From contig JAADVB010000034.1 in NCBI GenBank assembly GCA_023334545.1, positions 42,095 to 106,094 on the forward strand: a stretch of 64,000 nucleotides of DNA. The letters run 5' to 3'. This document shows positions 48,571 through 59,547 of this stretch, in pieces. The notes below the pieces were generated by a model. It was not told the origin of the DNA. It saw only the letters and a program-made list of their open reading frames with translations, and did not search any database. Source of the DNA: Salisapilia sapeloensis CBS 127946. Its lineage: Eukaryota > Protista > Oomycota. Position 1 is the first letter of the stretch. Each line of letters begins with the position of its first letter. The position numbers and the translations under genes are program-made.

Positions 48571-49302
48571 CTATGCCTTGGCGGCTTTCACATTGTTTTT
48601 GCTGCCAGAGCAAGTATCCAAAATCTCGTTCGCTAGCGTTTTGTACAATTCTGGATACCGCTTTGCAGATGGGAACTTGTGGCCTTCTTCATGGACCAAC
48701 TCCACTCGCTTTAGTCCGGCTTCAGGGTCGTTCGCATAGATGTCACGGATCATCTCGCTGTATTTAAAGTACGGGTCCGTCTTGCCCATCACATGCACAG
48801 AAGGGATGCGGAGCGTCATCTCCGATCCGTCCGACTTGGTCAGCAATTCATCCGCTTGCTTGCTAAACGGTTTGACGCCACCAACAAGCACAACCATTTT
48901 CCATGGAATGGGCAGGTAGCTCTTGTCGAAAAGAGCTTGCAAAAGAGAAATCATGGCTGCACCTTGCGAGAAACCGAGTAGCACATCAAACGGTCCAAGT
49001 TCCTCCAACTTGTCCGTGACGTATTCCATGGCTGCATCCATTCCATCGTATGTCCTTATCGTCTCACCATTAGCATCCTTCTCTTCTTGGTACTCCCACC
49101 ACTGTCTGAATGGAGCTAAATGGCCGTAGAATTGTTGCACGAGCTCTTGGGCCGGTCCTCGCTCTTGCATCGGTCCATCGAGACATATGAACTCAGCTTT
49201 GTCGCCAAGCTCCCGCTGAATGGCTTTCGTCTGATCTTCCATCACTTTTGCATTGGTCCTCCATCCATGGAAGCACAAAACACGAAGTCGTCGCTCGGAC
49301 AT
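48571..49302 (-). CDS. FSH1/OVCA2-family serine hydrolase, copy C
   Basis: VLCFHGWRTN, GPFDVLLGFSQG, PSVHVMGKTD, HEEGHKFP; ends KAAKA*. Confidence 0.9.
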   Translation of the reverse strand: MSERRLRVLCFHGWRTNAKVMEDQTKAIQRELGDKAEFICLDGPMQERGPAQELVQQFYGHLAPFRQWWEYQEEKDANGETIRTYDGMDAAMEYVTDKLEELGPFDVLLGFSQGAAMISLLQALFDKSYLPIPWKMVVLVGGVKPFSKQADELLTKSDGSEMTLRIPSVHVMGKTDPYFKYSEMIRDIYANDPEAGLKRVELVHEEGHKFPSAKRYPELYKTLANEILDTCSGSKNNVKAAKA

Positions 49303-49508
49303 GTTGCGTCTGACGTAGCAATTCTTGAAGTGATGAAAGCGCTGACGTCGAATGTTTACGTGAACTTCAGATCAATCAAGTTTAGATTTGATTGGACAGA
49401 AAGCGCAGATTTATCGCACATCAAAGCTATTTCGAGGTAGCTTTTCGATCCGAGTTACGTTAGTGTTCAGGTCGCTCTTTTACCATCCAGGATCATTGAG
49501 GTCGTGGA

Positions 49509-50708
49509 ATGGTAGCAACTGACCGGTACGAGGCAGTTGTAAGTGCAGACGTGGAGGCTACTCGGTCGTGTCGAACGAAAGACAAAGCAGAGGATAATCA
49601 GATCGAGCATACGTCTGCAGGTTCTAAACGCAAATCGCGTCGCAAAAAGAAAAAGAATCGACCTTCAAAGCGAAGACGAATGGAGGCGTCTTCAGATAAG
49701 GAGGAGAAGCAAGCACAATATGCTGCTGATAAACAGTCACCAAAGAAAGAGTCGAATAAGATAGATAACAGTATTCAGGATCAAGCTGTAGGTACAAATG
49801 CGAATGATGACCAGGAAAAAAGTTCCTCGAAGGCCAGTCAAAAAGATGAAACCAAGTCGAAACCTCGTAGAAAGACAAGGTGGGATGTTCGCAAGGGAGA
49901 TGCAGCTCCTAGCACACGAAAAATGAGTTGCAATGCTGGCAAGGAGGATGCATCTCATCCAACCGCACGACATAAAAGACGGGGTGAGAGTGACGAGGAC
50001 GGTACCAATCCAGAATTAAATAGTAAGCCAAAGCGAGGTGCACCTCAAACTCATGCACGAAATGCGAACGAAAAGAATATTCGAGGCCGACGTAGCGGAA
50101 AGCTCAAGCTCCCAGACGACTGGGATCGAGTCCCGTTCATCGGAAGAGTGATCCCGTCTGCCCGCTTTGTTGGCATGCGAGTGCCCTTGGACCACAAATT
50201 TAATCACCACATGCGCACAGACTTTAAAAAGTGGTCACCAGAGCGCCTTCTGACTCTGCAGGAAGAACAGGAACTTGACATTCGACTCGTTATTGATCTT
50301 ACCAATACTTTCAAGTATTACGATGGCGAGAAGGAATTTCAAGGTACTCCCATCGAATACGTGAAACTTCGTATCGAAGGGTTTAAAGCACCTCCAAAGG
50401 AGACGGAAGTACAGACGTTCATGCAGATTGTCGATGACTTCTTCGCAAAGTCGTCGGAAGGAACGATAGCGGTGCATTGTACACACGGACTGAATCGAAC
50501 TGGGTATATGATAGCCTCGTACCTCATTCGACGAATGGGCTGGTCCGTCACGGACGCCTTAAAAGCGTTCAATGACTCTCGGCCGCCCGGTTTGATCAAA
50601 CGCATGTACGTGGAAGACTTGTATGAGCGATTCGGACAAGGAGAGGAAGTCATATTACCGACGTTACCACAATGGGCATCGGCGAAATATGCCAAGCGCA
50701 AGGGTTAA
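49509..50708 (+). CDS. Cysteine-phosphatase-fold RNA 5'-triphosphatase-like protein (DUSP11/capping-enzyme N-domain type)
   Basis: RVPL..F, IDLTNTFKYYD, VHCTHGLNRTGYMI, AFNDSRPPGL, YVEDL. Long basic disordered N-terminus; no guanylyltransferase domain. Confidence 0.85.
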   Translation: MVATDRYEAVVSADVEATRSCRTKDKAEDNQIEHTSAGSKRKSRRKKKKNRPSKRRRMEASSDKEEKQAQYAADKQSPKKESNKIDNSIQDQAVGTNANDDQEKSSSKASQKDETKSKPRRKTRWDVRKGDAAPSTRKMSCNAGKEDASHPTARHKRRGESDEDGTNPELNSKPKRGAPQTHARNANEKNIRGRRSGKLKLPDDWDRVPFIGRVIPSARFVGMRVPLDHKFNHHMRTDFKKWSPERLLTLQEEQELDIRLVIDLTNTFKYYDGEKEFQGTPIEYVKLRIEGFKAPPKETEVQTFMQIVDDFFAKSSEGTIAVHCTHGLNRTGYMIASYLIRRMGWSVTDALKAFNDSRPPGLIKRMYVEDLYERFGQGEEVILPTLPQWASAKYAKRKG

Positions 50709-50728
50709 TAGCTTTACCTACAAGCCCA

Positions 50729-53148
50729 TTATGGTAATTCTGATATCAACCTATCAATAGCCGTGTGCAAGTAAGTCTGTCGTTTTTGGGCAAGTGCATA
50801 GCGTTTTGTCAAGACTTCCTGGATCCGTCGACTTTGCAAAGTAGCCTAAAAGACATTAATAGCTGTCAATTCAAAAGGTTAGTGAACATTGGAATGTACT
50901 TTGTTGTGGATGAAGCGTAGGCAGAGTTCAATTTGCGCCGGACATGTTCGAGGAGCCTTTTCAAACACTTGCTGCTTGAGTGTTGGTGGCAGTTCGTACC
51001 AGTCTCTATGCTCTCGTTGATTTAAAAATCGACGCAGTGGTATCGTGACTTCGCCAGCAAGCTCATGACGTTTTTCGTCCAGGACCTGTACGACGAGTGA
51101 TGCTTGGCTGGATTCGATCGACACAAGTTGTGTGCTCCATTCCCACACTGGATTGGAATCGGACCATCGAGGATCCGATTGTTGTGTCAGCGTGGAGCCT
51201 GTAGTACCTTCCATCCATATAGATAGTCGGACATAAGGATCGATCTACATGAAGTCATAAATACGAAACGAGACGTTTTGGTAACTATACCAAGTAGAAA
51301 CCAACCTCATCCTGCGTTCGTGGGTCTCGACGTGGGAGATTCAAGGCTCGTATGACAATTACGTCCAAGGTAGCAGTGCTTTTACCATCTCGAGTTCGTG
51401 AAATGCCACTATTCGTGTCATACCTCTCTTCACCCTCTAGTCGCTCCAATTCCTTGCAATGTTCCTACAAAATTTCAATGAGCTTACGCATATTTACTAC
51501 ATGAAAATGTACAAAAGCCAAGCGTACCTCTAGTGTAGCCAACGACAATGTCCATTCATCCTCCAAAGAATCCGGCAACCTATCTACCGAGTCTCTTGGC
51601 ACGACTGGAATGTCCATCGAAATGTTACCATTTGTTAGAGTTCGCTGCTTCTGCGAAATTACATCATGGTCATATAGTCGACGTGGATCAAACCAGTGAC
51701 GATCGCAATACGAGAGAATATTCCAGATGACTGCATCCGTTAAACTCCGACATTGACTTGCAACGAGCCAAGAGTCTACTCGTTGTTGGATTCGTACAAC
51801 CATGTCTTTCATATCTTGCTCCATTTTCAAATAGCCTGCAAGTTGCACATTTGCTCTCTTTACCAACGTGCTTTGACTATCTGCTCGTGTCATTTCATTG
51901 TTCAAATGCACTTGAAACTTTTTCAGGTGTCCAGGGATTTTCTGTTTAAACTCTCGTATATCTCTGCATGCCTCTACACGATGCCGATTGTCGCTTTCTA
52001 TTTGTCGTCGACGTACGTATGCTAAGGATAGAGTTGCAGCTCGGAATTCAGTCGGAAAGAGAAAGGCATTCTCCAGTGACCAAGGTTGATTCGCTAGCAT
52101 CATCATGCGATAGACATGTGGATCAGATATACCATTAAAGGCACCTTCGCCAGCCCGATCTTTTAGGTGTAAGAGAGCTCCTAGAGCCAGGACGATAGTG
52201 TCATAGAGATCGATACAAGATGCACGATGGAGACTAACCGTGACGAAGCAATGTTTTCACTACTTGGGCATGACCTCTACTCGTGGCTTCCATCAGCGGA
52301 GTTCTGCCAGAAGTTATTAGCGCGTGATCGATATCAGCTCCATTTGCCAATAAAAGTGCGGCGATGTCACTGTGACCATGCTGGCAAGCTGCATGTAACG
52401 GAGTCAGCCCCATGGCCTATAATGGTAGTTCAATTCAATACATGATCAGAAATGAAGTAGAAACGACTAGTTTCATACGCTTTGAGCGTTAGCACTGATA
52501 CCGGCTCGAAGCAATTCAGCTACAATGGTAAGGTCTCCTCGCATGGCTGCCTCTCGAATGGACATTACAGTCTCTCGCTATGTTGTCCATGAGAGCTTGT
52601 CAACAGCTCCGAAGGGAATAGTTAAGTGGAATGAGTGCAAATACCTTTGTATTCTCTGGCATCGCTTGAGCGAGCTGACTATTATCTGCTTTGAGTTTTA
52701 TGAGCCGATCTTTTCTCTTTTGTAGCATCTCCGAATGCACCTTTCGATCCCACTTTGAGTTCACGCGCTCTAGTAGTGCTTGGTTTTGCTTGATCAATGC
52801 GTCTCGATATCGTGCGCATTGAATCTGAAATCGTTTGCTTTGTTTGACCCTCATCTCCGGTATGGTAACTTGGACATCATTAAAGTCTTTGCCACTTAAG
52901 TTTACTGTTCGTGCTCGAGGCTTCTCTGTATTCATCCAGTCGACATCAGTAGCATCCACATGCAGAGGACATTGCCACGACGATTCTCCCGTCCGGAGGT
53001 TGCAATAGTATACAAAGTCAGATGCGGCATCGTTGCATTTTCGATACGTCTCTTTCACTAGCTGTCTACATCGCCGTCGCGCGAGTTGTTGGCGTACGAT
53101 ACACTGAATCTTCACGACCAACTGTTCCTCTCTCGAGCGTCCATCCAT
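50729..53148 (-). CDS. Multidomain protein: IQ - WW - coiled coil - ankyrin repeats - helical region - C2 domain, ~7 exons
   Basis: KIQCIVRQQLARRR (IQ); YYCNLRTGESSWQCP (WW); GLTPLHAAC and GRTPLMEA (ANK, spliced exons 52230-52580); LDVIVIRALNLPRRD..DPYVRL..SNPVWEW..VQVLDE..AGEVTIPL..WYEL (C2). The 5' end is uncertain. Confidence 0.75.
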
Positions 53149-53541
53149 CGGCAGGACTATGGTGATTAAAATAGAACAGACTTTAGCTCACATCATACAT
53201 TCGTGATGACTAAGACGGCTCGTGGCCAAGGAAAGGTGAGATTCGTACGTGTAAACTTTTCTTGCTCAAGTATTCGGTCTAAACCTGCCTAAGTAATGGC
53301 CCATTCGCATACTTGAACCTGCCAAGGTACTGATCTATGCCATCTGGCGAGTTTCCGGTCCAATCTTCAGAGATGATTAGATCGTTGGTCTCAGAGTGAG
53401 GTCCCTCGCGTATAATGGCGTTCTCCGTACTCATAAACGTGAGGCACTGGTCCATGTAGCTACGAATACATGGAGGTAGCACACTTCCGATTTTCCGACA
53501 GGCATCAAACGTGGCTTCAATTACGACCGACTAACGTCAGG

Positions 53542-54294
53542 ATGGTGAACCGCCTCATCTTCTTCGCCATGGCGGCGCTTTGCCTCCGTACAGCATACGC
53601 CGATGTGGATAGCTGCAGCAATATCAATTCCATGGGCGCGCGGCATGGTTCTTGTGACCATCGACCGGTCTGCTATGACTGCTTCCAGGTCGACGGATGC
53701 TCCTTTGACATGAACTCTGGCAAGTGCAAAGCGGTTTTCAATGCAACGAGTGATGAAGATTTCTGTACAAAGGACGATGAGAGTTGCAAGAGTTGCGATG
53801 CGGACAGCGACGGTGAATGTCGTGGCCTGAACGGATGCCTTTGCCCCGTTGTCTGTGAACACGTCACCAAGTTGGACGAGGAATGCGCTTCAAATGGCGA
53901 CTCGTTTCCTGCATTTGCAGTTGACATCGTTGCGGTGATAGCCGGAGTCATTGTTGGTATCGCTTTGATCACTTTCCATTGCATCCGGAAGAGAGGACGG
54001 CAGAGTCGACTCCACCAGCAGAGCCAAACCCAGCAGGTACATGTGGCCACGACCCAAAGTCGACCGTGGTATCACACTGGTCTTGGACTCAATGGCTGGA
54101 GGAACAATCCATCGAAAGACGTCGGCGACACGATGGAACTCTGTGGCTATTATTTGAAAATGCCAGAGTATGCTCCCCAAACGCAGGCGTATGAGACATC
54201 AACGTCCCAACAATCTTCGCTGCAAGTTGTGGTAGAGAGACCACAGGAAGACTTGGCTCCTCTCCGAGAGCATCGTACGCTAGGCGATCAGTAG
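53542..54294 (+). CDS. Cys-rich single-pass membrane protein, family copy 1
   Basis: Signal peptide MVNRLIFFAMAALCLRTAYA, 14-Cys ectodomain, TM (IVAVIAGVIVGIALITF), cytoplasmic LGLNGW. Confidence 0.8.
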   Translation: MVNRLIFFAMAALCLRTAYADVDSCSNINSMGARHGSCDHRPVCYDCFQVDGCSFDMNSGKCKAVFNATSDEDFCTKDDESCKSCDADSDGECRGLNGCLCPVVCEHVTKLDEECASNGDSFPAFAVDIVAVIAGVIVGIALITFHCIRKRGRQSRLHQQSQTQQVHVATTQSRPWYHTGLGLNGWRNNPSKDVGDTMELCGYYLKMPEYAPQTQAYETSTSQQSSLQVVVERPQEDLAPLREHRTLGDQ

Positions 54295-54702
54295 CTTAGC
54301 TTTGGTAGAGAACCTAATTTAAAGTAACATAGAGATAGATTAATATGCCAGTTTCAACCTACTTACCACTTCGTGGTAATTGGGTACGTAGCGTTCGTTT
54401 GTGTGGGCTCACTAGAGAAAGACACATTCTCGGAAGTTCATGTACTGCATTGCACGTTCCATGCCCATTCCGGTGACGTTCGTAGCTACAAGCAGAGGTG
54501 AGTGACAGATACATCTCCTGATCGCAACCTCTCGTGATCGCAGCAGAGGCCCCAAGGGTCACCTGGTTACAGCCAACGTGTGTATCTCGCCTGCGACAAA
54601 TCACGCAAAAAGCGAGGAAGATTGGTATGCACGCCATCAGATTTGTATCTACCGAAGGGACTTTGACGGAACCTCCACTTAACCTTTGCTATCCAACCTA
54701 TC

Positions 54703-55500
54703 ATGGGGAGCCATCGAATGATCTGGGTCGCTTGGGTCGTGTGCTTGATCTTTTCGATGCCTGCTGATGCCCATCAATGCAACCTGACTGCGACTAAGGA
54801 GGAGACAGAGGAGTGTGATTTTCGTCCACTTTGCTTCGCTTGCATTAACTCAAAAGTACGTACTGAACTCAGTTGCTCCTGTCGTGTCTGCTAATTTCAA
54901 TCACGTGCGCAGGGGTGTGAATTTGACGATACAATTGGTGCGTGCCTCCCTGCATCCAACTCAAGCGAGGCGGCAGACAAGACTTATTGCGCTGAAAGCG
55001 ACAGTAAATGCAAGGAGTGTGTTCCCAATGAGAAGTGTATTGGAGGCAATGGATGTCAATGTCCGCTCATTTGCAGCAACCTGGAGACATTGCAGAAGAG
55101 CTGTGCCCGTTCCCGTGCAGACGAATCGAGCAGCGTCGATGACGCGAGTGCATCGTCATCATCTATAGCGTCTGCTGTGAGTGACGGGAGTGACCAGTTT
55201 ATTAAAATCTCCGCTGTGGTAATCGGAGTCACGATTGGCCTAGTGATCGCACAGCTCGTTGCCATGCGTCGTCGTGACAACCGTGATCGGCAGCGATATA
55301 TGGCCAGTTATCACCGACAATGGTCCCCATCCAGCTCATCCTCGTCCGACTCCAATGTTCTTGGATTAGAGGGGTGGACGGAGCACCGGATCCAGAATAC
55401 ACCCCGTCTATCTCGCTTAGGAACTCCACTTGCAAAGATCAAAAAGCCTCAAATTGATAACGGTAATGTTGAGAGCAAAGTGTCTACTATCAACGAGTAG
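54703..55500 (+). CDS. Cys-rich single-pass membrane protein, family copy 2 (intron 54856-54912)
   Basis: Signal peptide, 14-Cys ectodomain after splicing, TM (ISAVVIGVTIGLVIAQLV), cytoplasmic LGLEGW. Confidence 0.8.
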
Positions 55501-55722
55501 AGTCATTGCGTGGAAGTAGAGACGATTACCTTAGACTGAAAATTCATGTGGAATTTCATGAGCATACCAATTTAGCCGCTGCACTGTGCTCCTGTGACCG
55601 TGTGAATGTGCAGTTAGGAAATATAAATTTATTCTTCGTACATATCAATGCTTTCGAGTCATCATTCATGTGCATAGATCTAGTTATAAATAGTTGGAGA
55701 AGCAAGAGGTCTAGTAGAAAGA

Positions 55723-58700
55723 ATGGTAGGAGATATGTCGCGTCAGCCTACTATTCCTCGACTCCATTCAACTTTAGATACTACTGCGAGATCAAAATGC
55801 AGGCCGAATGAATTTTCCAGAAGTGCTCGAGTGTACAAACAAAGCATGTCTGGTGATACACGGCACGAACTACGGTCGGCTCGAGAACCCAGCTACAATT
55901 TTATATATCGATCTGTCGACCTGGAAGGGAACAAAAGACCATTAACGAGTCATGTGTACGACTCTAGTATCAAGTATTTAGACTCGCCGCTGCCAATTTT
56001 AGGAAAGCATGCCGACAGGGCTCGGAAACCCATATCGAACAAGGAACAACTTCGAGGTTTAGAAGCAAGCAACTTCCAAGTATTACACCCGTGCCTGGAT
56101 ACGGAGGATCCTACCGGAGATCTAGAAAAGCTTATGCTTCGTGGATGGTCTGTAGACGATGGTGAAAGTGACTATACGTCCTTTGGTCTATTCTCCGAGG
56201 CCAAACTTATGGAGGCAAAAAGGATGGCGTCTCAACTGTCAACGCCCAACCGATTTGTCGTCACTGTGTGTTGCCAATTGCTTGAAAAATATATTGCCAA
56301 AAACATCAACGGCCCACTAAATCAAAGAGGCGATAGATCGTGGACGAAAGAAACATGTTGGAAGAACAGTAGTGGACATTTGTGCCATCTCTTTTCGGAA
56401 TTGATTGATGCTATCTTTATGCCTAAGGAGAATCCACCTTCAGAGAATAATGGCATGGCAAGTGGGTGTGCTCGATATGAAGACCGCATTCCTTACTTTG
56501 CGGTAGTATATGCTTTATCCTATAAATATTTCCTATCAGCGATGATTGATGCATTTGTAGGAAACGAAGCGTCTTAAGCTCAAAGCTTCTGAGCTAGCAG
56601 GGATTGCTGCTTCATCTGCTGGTCTTGCAGGAGTAAGGAAGCAATTGCCTGATAAAATCGACATAATTTTGCGACGCAGAAGTCATGAGCATGCATCTCG
56701 TGAGATGCTGATGGTGTTAAATGCTTGGAAGACATATACAAAGCATGAAAAAGTCATCCGTATCGTACAGTGCTTTCATCCTCGAATACAATTTAATCGG
56801 CTTGCTGAATTGAGAAGAGTAGATGAAAGTAAAAAGTTTTCAAGACTCTCGAAGGTTCAATATGAATGAAGTCTTTCGATCGTGGCGGATCTTCGCTTTG
56901 AGTAAAGCCTATCTCGTTCGTACATATTAAACTCTACTCCTCTACTTTTACTTACATCCGATTTCTTTTGCTTTGTAGCGTGAGAGTGAAGAGTATCAGA
57001 CAATGTTATCTGTGACGACAACAACTTTAAATCGGAAGGACGTGGCCATCGCAGAAGCTGAAGCAAAGGTCAGCTCGATGGCGCATATAATTGAAGGTCT
57101 GACTGAGTCCAATAATCAGCTTATGAAACGAGTGGATCAATTGGAGCGAAGTCAGCCAGCTCAGAATACATTCGAGTATCTCGCACCAGCAAATACAGAA
57201 ATACCTCCTACCTTTTCTCGAAGCCCAGACATAGATTTTGAAGAAGTTGACACACTTCAGACAGAAGACGATGAAAAGTCAGACCGAGTTAATCACATGC
57301 TACTCGAGACACTTTTTGGTATGGCACGTATGGTGGAATCGAGTGCAATTCAGCTAGCAAAAGACACGATGGATTCGTTAGAGTATCAACTTGATGGTAG
57401 CATGCTTGAGAATCTTGCTCAAATGGTCAGCCTTGGTGTACTTTTGTGCTTCTCATTAAATGGATGTTAACACACGCTATGTTACCGCAGGTTCAAGCTG
57501 AACAAGAATTAAAGATAAAGAACCAGCCAAAGCAGGGGGCTACGCTAGCAAGCTACCCTTCCAATGGTGAACGAACTCGACACAACGCGAAGGGGCCTAT
57601 ACAGATTCAAGACTTGGCTCAAATGCCAGTCGATGTTTTCTTGCTTCACTGGTTTAAGATGAATCTCCAAATGTCTTCGGCCGTCCAAAAGGCAAGTGAT
57701 CGAACAATCAAAAACTTTACCACAGATTTGTGTGATGGAAGAAGACTGTCGTTTCTTCTCCATCGACTATTTCCTAGTTGGTTCGACTCTGCGATGGTGC
57801 ATGAACTAGACATTGATGAGCGCTTGCAAAACATTGCAACTTTCCATTCAAAATTCCAGCCAGAATTACCGCAAGTCGTAACAAGCGACAGTATCCATGC
57901 TGCTAGTGCTATCGAGAACGTAGCCTTCGTAGGCATGCTCTTTGGCGCATCCGTGTAAGTACAGCTTCTAGCATAGACTTTTTGCTCCAAGTGCTAAATG
58001 GTTAATGACTGTAGTGGTCCTGCTCGAAAGGTAAATTTGGAGAAACAGCGAGGTGACTTGCTGTCCGTAGTTACGTCTTGGAGGCGAGTTCGGAGTTTGC
58101 TATTGGAAGTTAAACGTATGACGAACAACTACGACTCGATCATGATCATGCACTTACTGAAAGAAATGCGTTCATGCGAGTCCCTATTCCGAAGCTTGCG
58201 TGGAGAAATCACTTCCATAGCGATTGCATCCAACGAGACTGCTAGTGCGTTGTCACAGATCGCGTACAAGGTGCTTGACTTGACATGGCGTTGTCTCCAC
58301 GTCAAGATCAATAACTTGCCACCGAGCTCCTTGAAAATTATCGACCAACGATGGGAAGAGCGCACAAAAGAATTCGTAGAGATTAATGACCTTACCATTC
58401 AGCTCATACTAGATAAGCAAAGTGAGCATGAGTTCCAGGAAGCCGGGCGTAGCAAAGGACGAAACGACTCAGCTCGATTATCAATAAATGCTCCAAAGCC
58501 GGTCGTTTGGACCGACAGAGATATTCAGGAACGCACCGGCGCGCTTCGGTCATCCCTGGAAGCACACAGCCGAGATTTGTACGAAATATACAAATACTAT
58601 AGGTGCGTAGTAACCTGAAGAATATCGAATATGCTTATTGCTTGGCTAAAATATTACAACCTATGTGTATAGTGCCAGCGCAAGTGCTGGAAGTATTGCG

Positions 58701-59474
58701 TCGATGAGTCTTAGCGAGTTCAACAAGTTCGCCAAGGTACTGCCACACTGTCAGTATTCGTCTATAATACTTCCATTTACATATTCTACCTTGACGATGT
58801 AGGACTGTCAGCTTTTGGATTGTTTTACTCCATTAACGATTGAAAAAGTTTTTCGCTTCGTACTTCCAACTCCTGAGGCTCAAGACGATGAAGGCGTGCC
58901 AGAGCGTACTTCTTTGGATGAACAAGAGCTGTCCGGGAATCAGTTTGCATTAATGCTGATCCAACTATCGTCGCTCAAGTATACATCTGGAAATCTGGAT
59001 CAGCGCTTTGAAGCATTTATGGAGAAAGATATTCTTCCTCACGCCGTACGAAGTCAGACGGAAATCTTCCGACAGGAAGTGGCATCTCCAAAAATCCGAG
59101 CAATCTTCCAGCGTTATAAAGTAGCACTCCAAGCTATCTTCCGATATTACGCATCGATGCATGCAGTTCGTCAAGCTCAATCGACGATGAGCTACGTGGA
59201 GTTCCAAGTGCTCGGAAAAGATTGTAAATTCTTAAGAAGTTTCGTGTCAGAGCATGGTCTAAAGCAAGTTCTCGTCCAAGCCCAACGCGAAGAGTATTCA
59301 ACTGCTGACATGTCGAACGACAGTGACCTCCGAGTCGACTTTTATGAATTCCAGGAAGCATTGGCAGCACTGACGCACTACGTTGTGTGCAATCCATACA
59401 TGTCGTTCGCAGCTCGGTTGGAACAGTTTCTACTAGAGACGATCCTACCTCGTGCACGTCAAAAGCAGCGATAG
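55723..59474 (+). CDS. Uncharacterised multi-exon protein with a calponin-homology-like domain and EF-hand-like repeats
   Basis: LLHWFKMNL..IKNFTTDLCDGRRLSFLLHRL (CH-like). Repeated YEIYKYY..MSLSEFNKFAKDC / QAIFRYY..MSYVEFQVLGKDC. Seven short introns join the ORFs in frame. Confidence 0.7.
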
Positions 59475-59547
59475 ATCATTTTTTTACATCAACACTTAGA
59501 TTTTTAATCGAAAAACTTCCAACTATTAAAACAAGGTTTTACTTTTC

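Noticed and set aside
53279-53482. Possible extra 5' exon of the IQ-WW-ANK-C2 gene
   Set aside because: No donor/acceptor pair gave the right phase.
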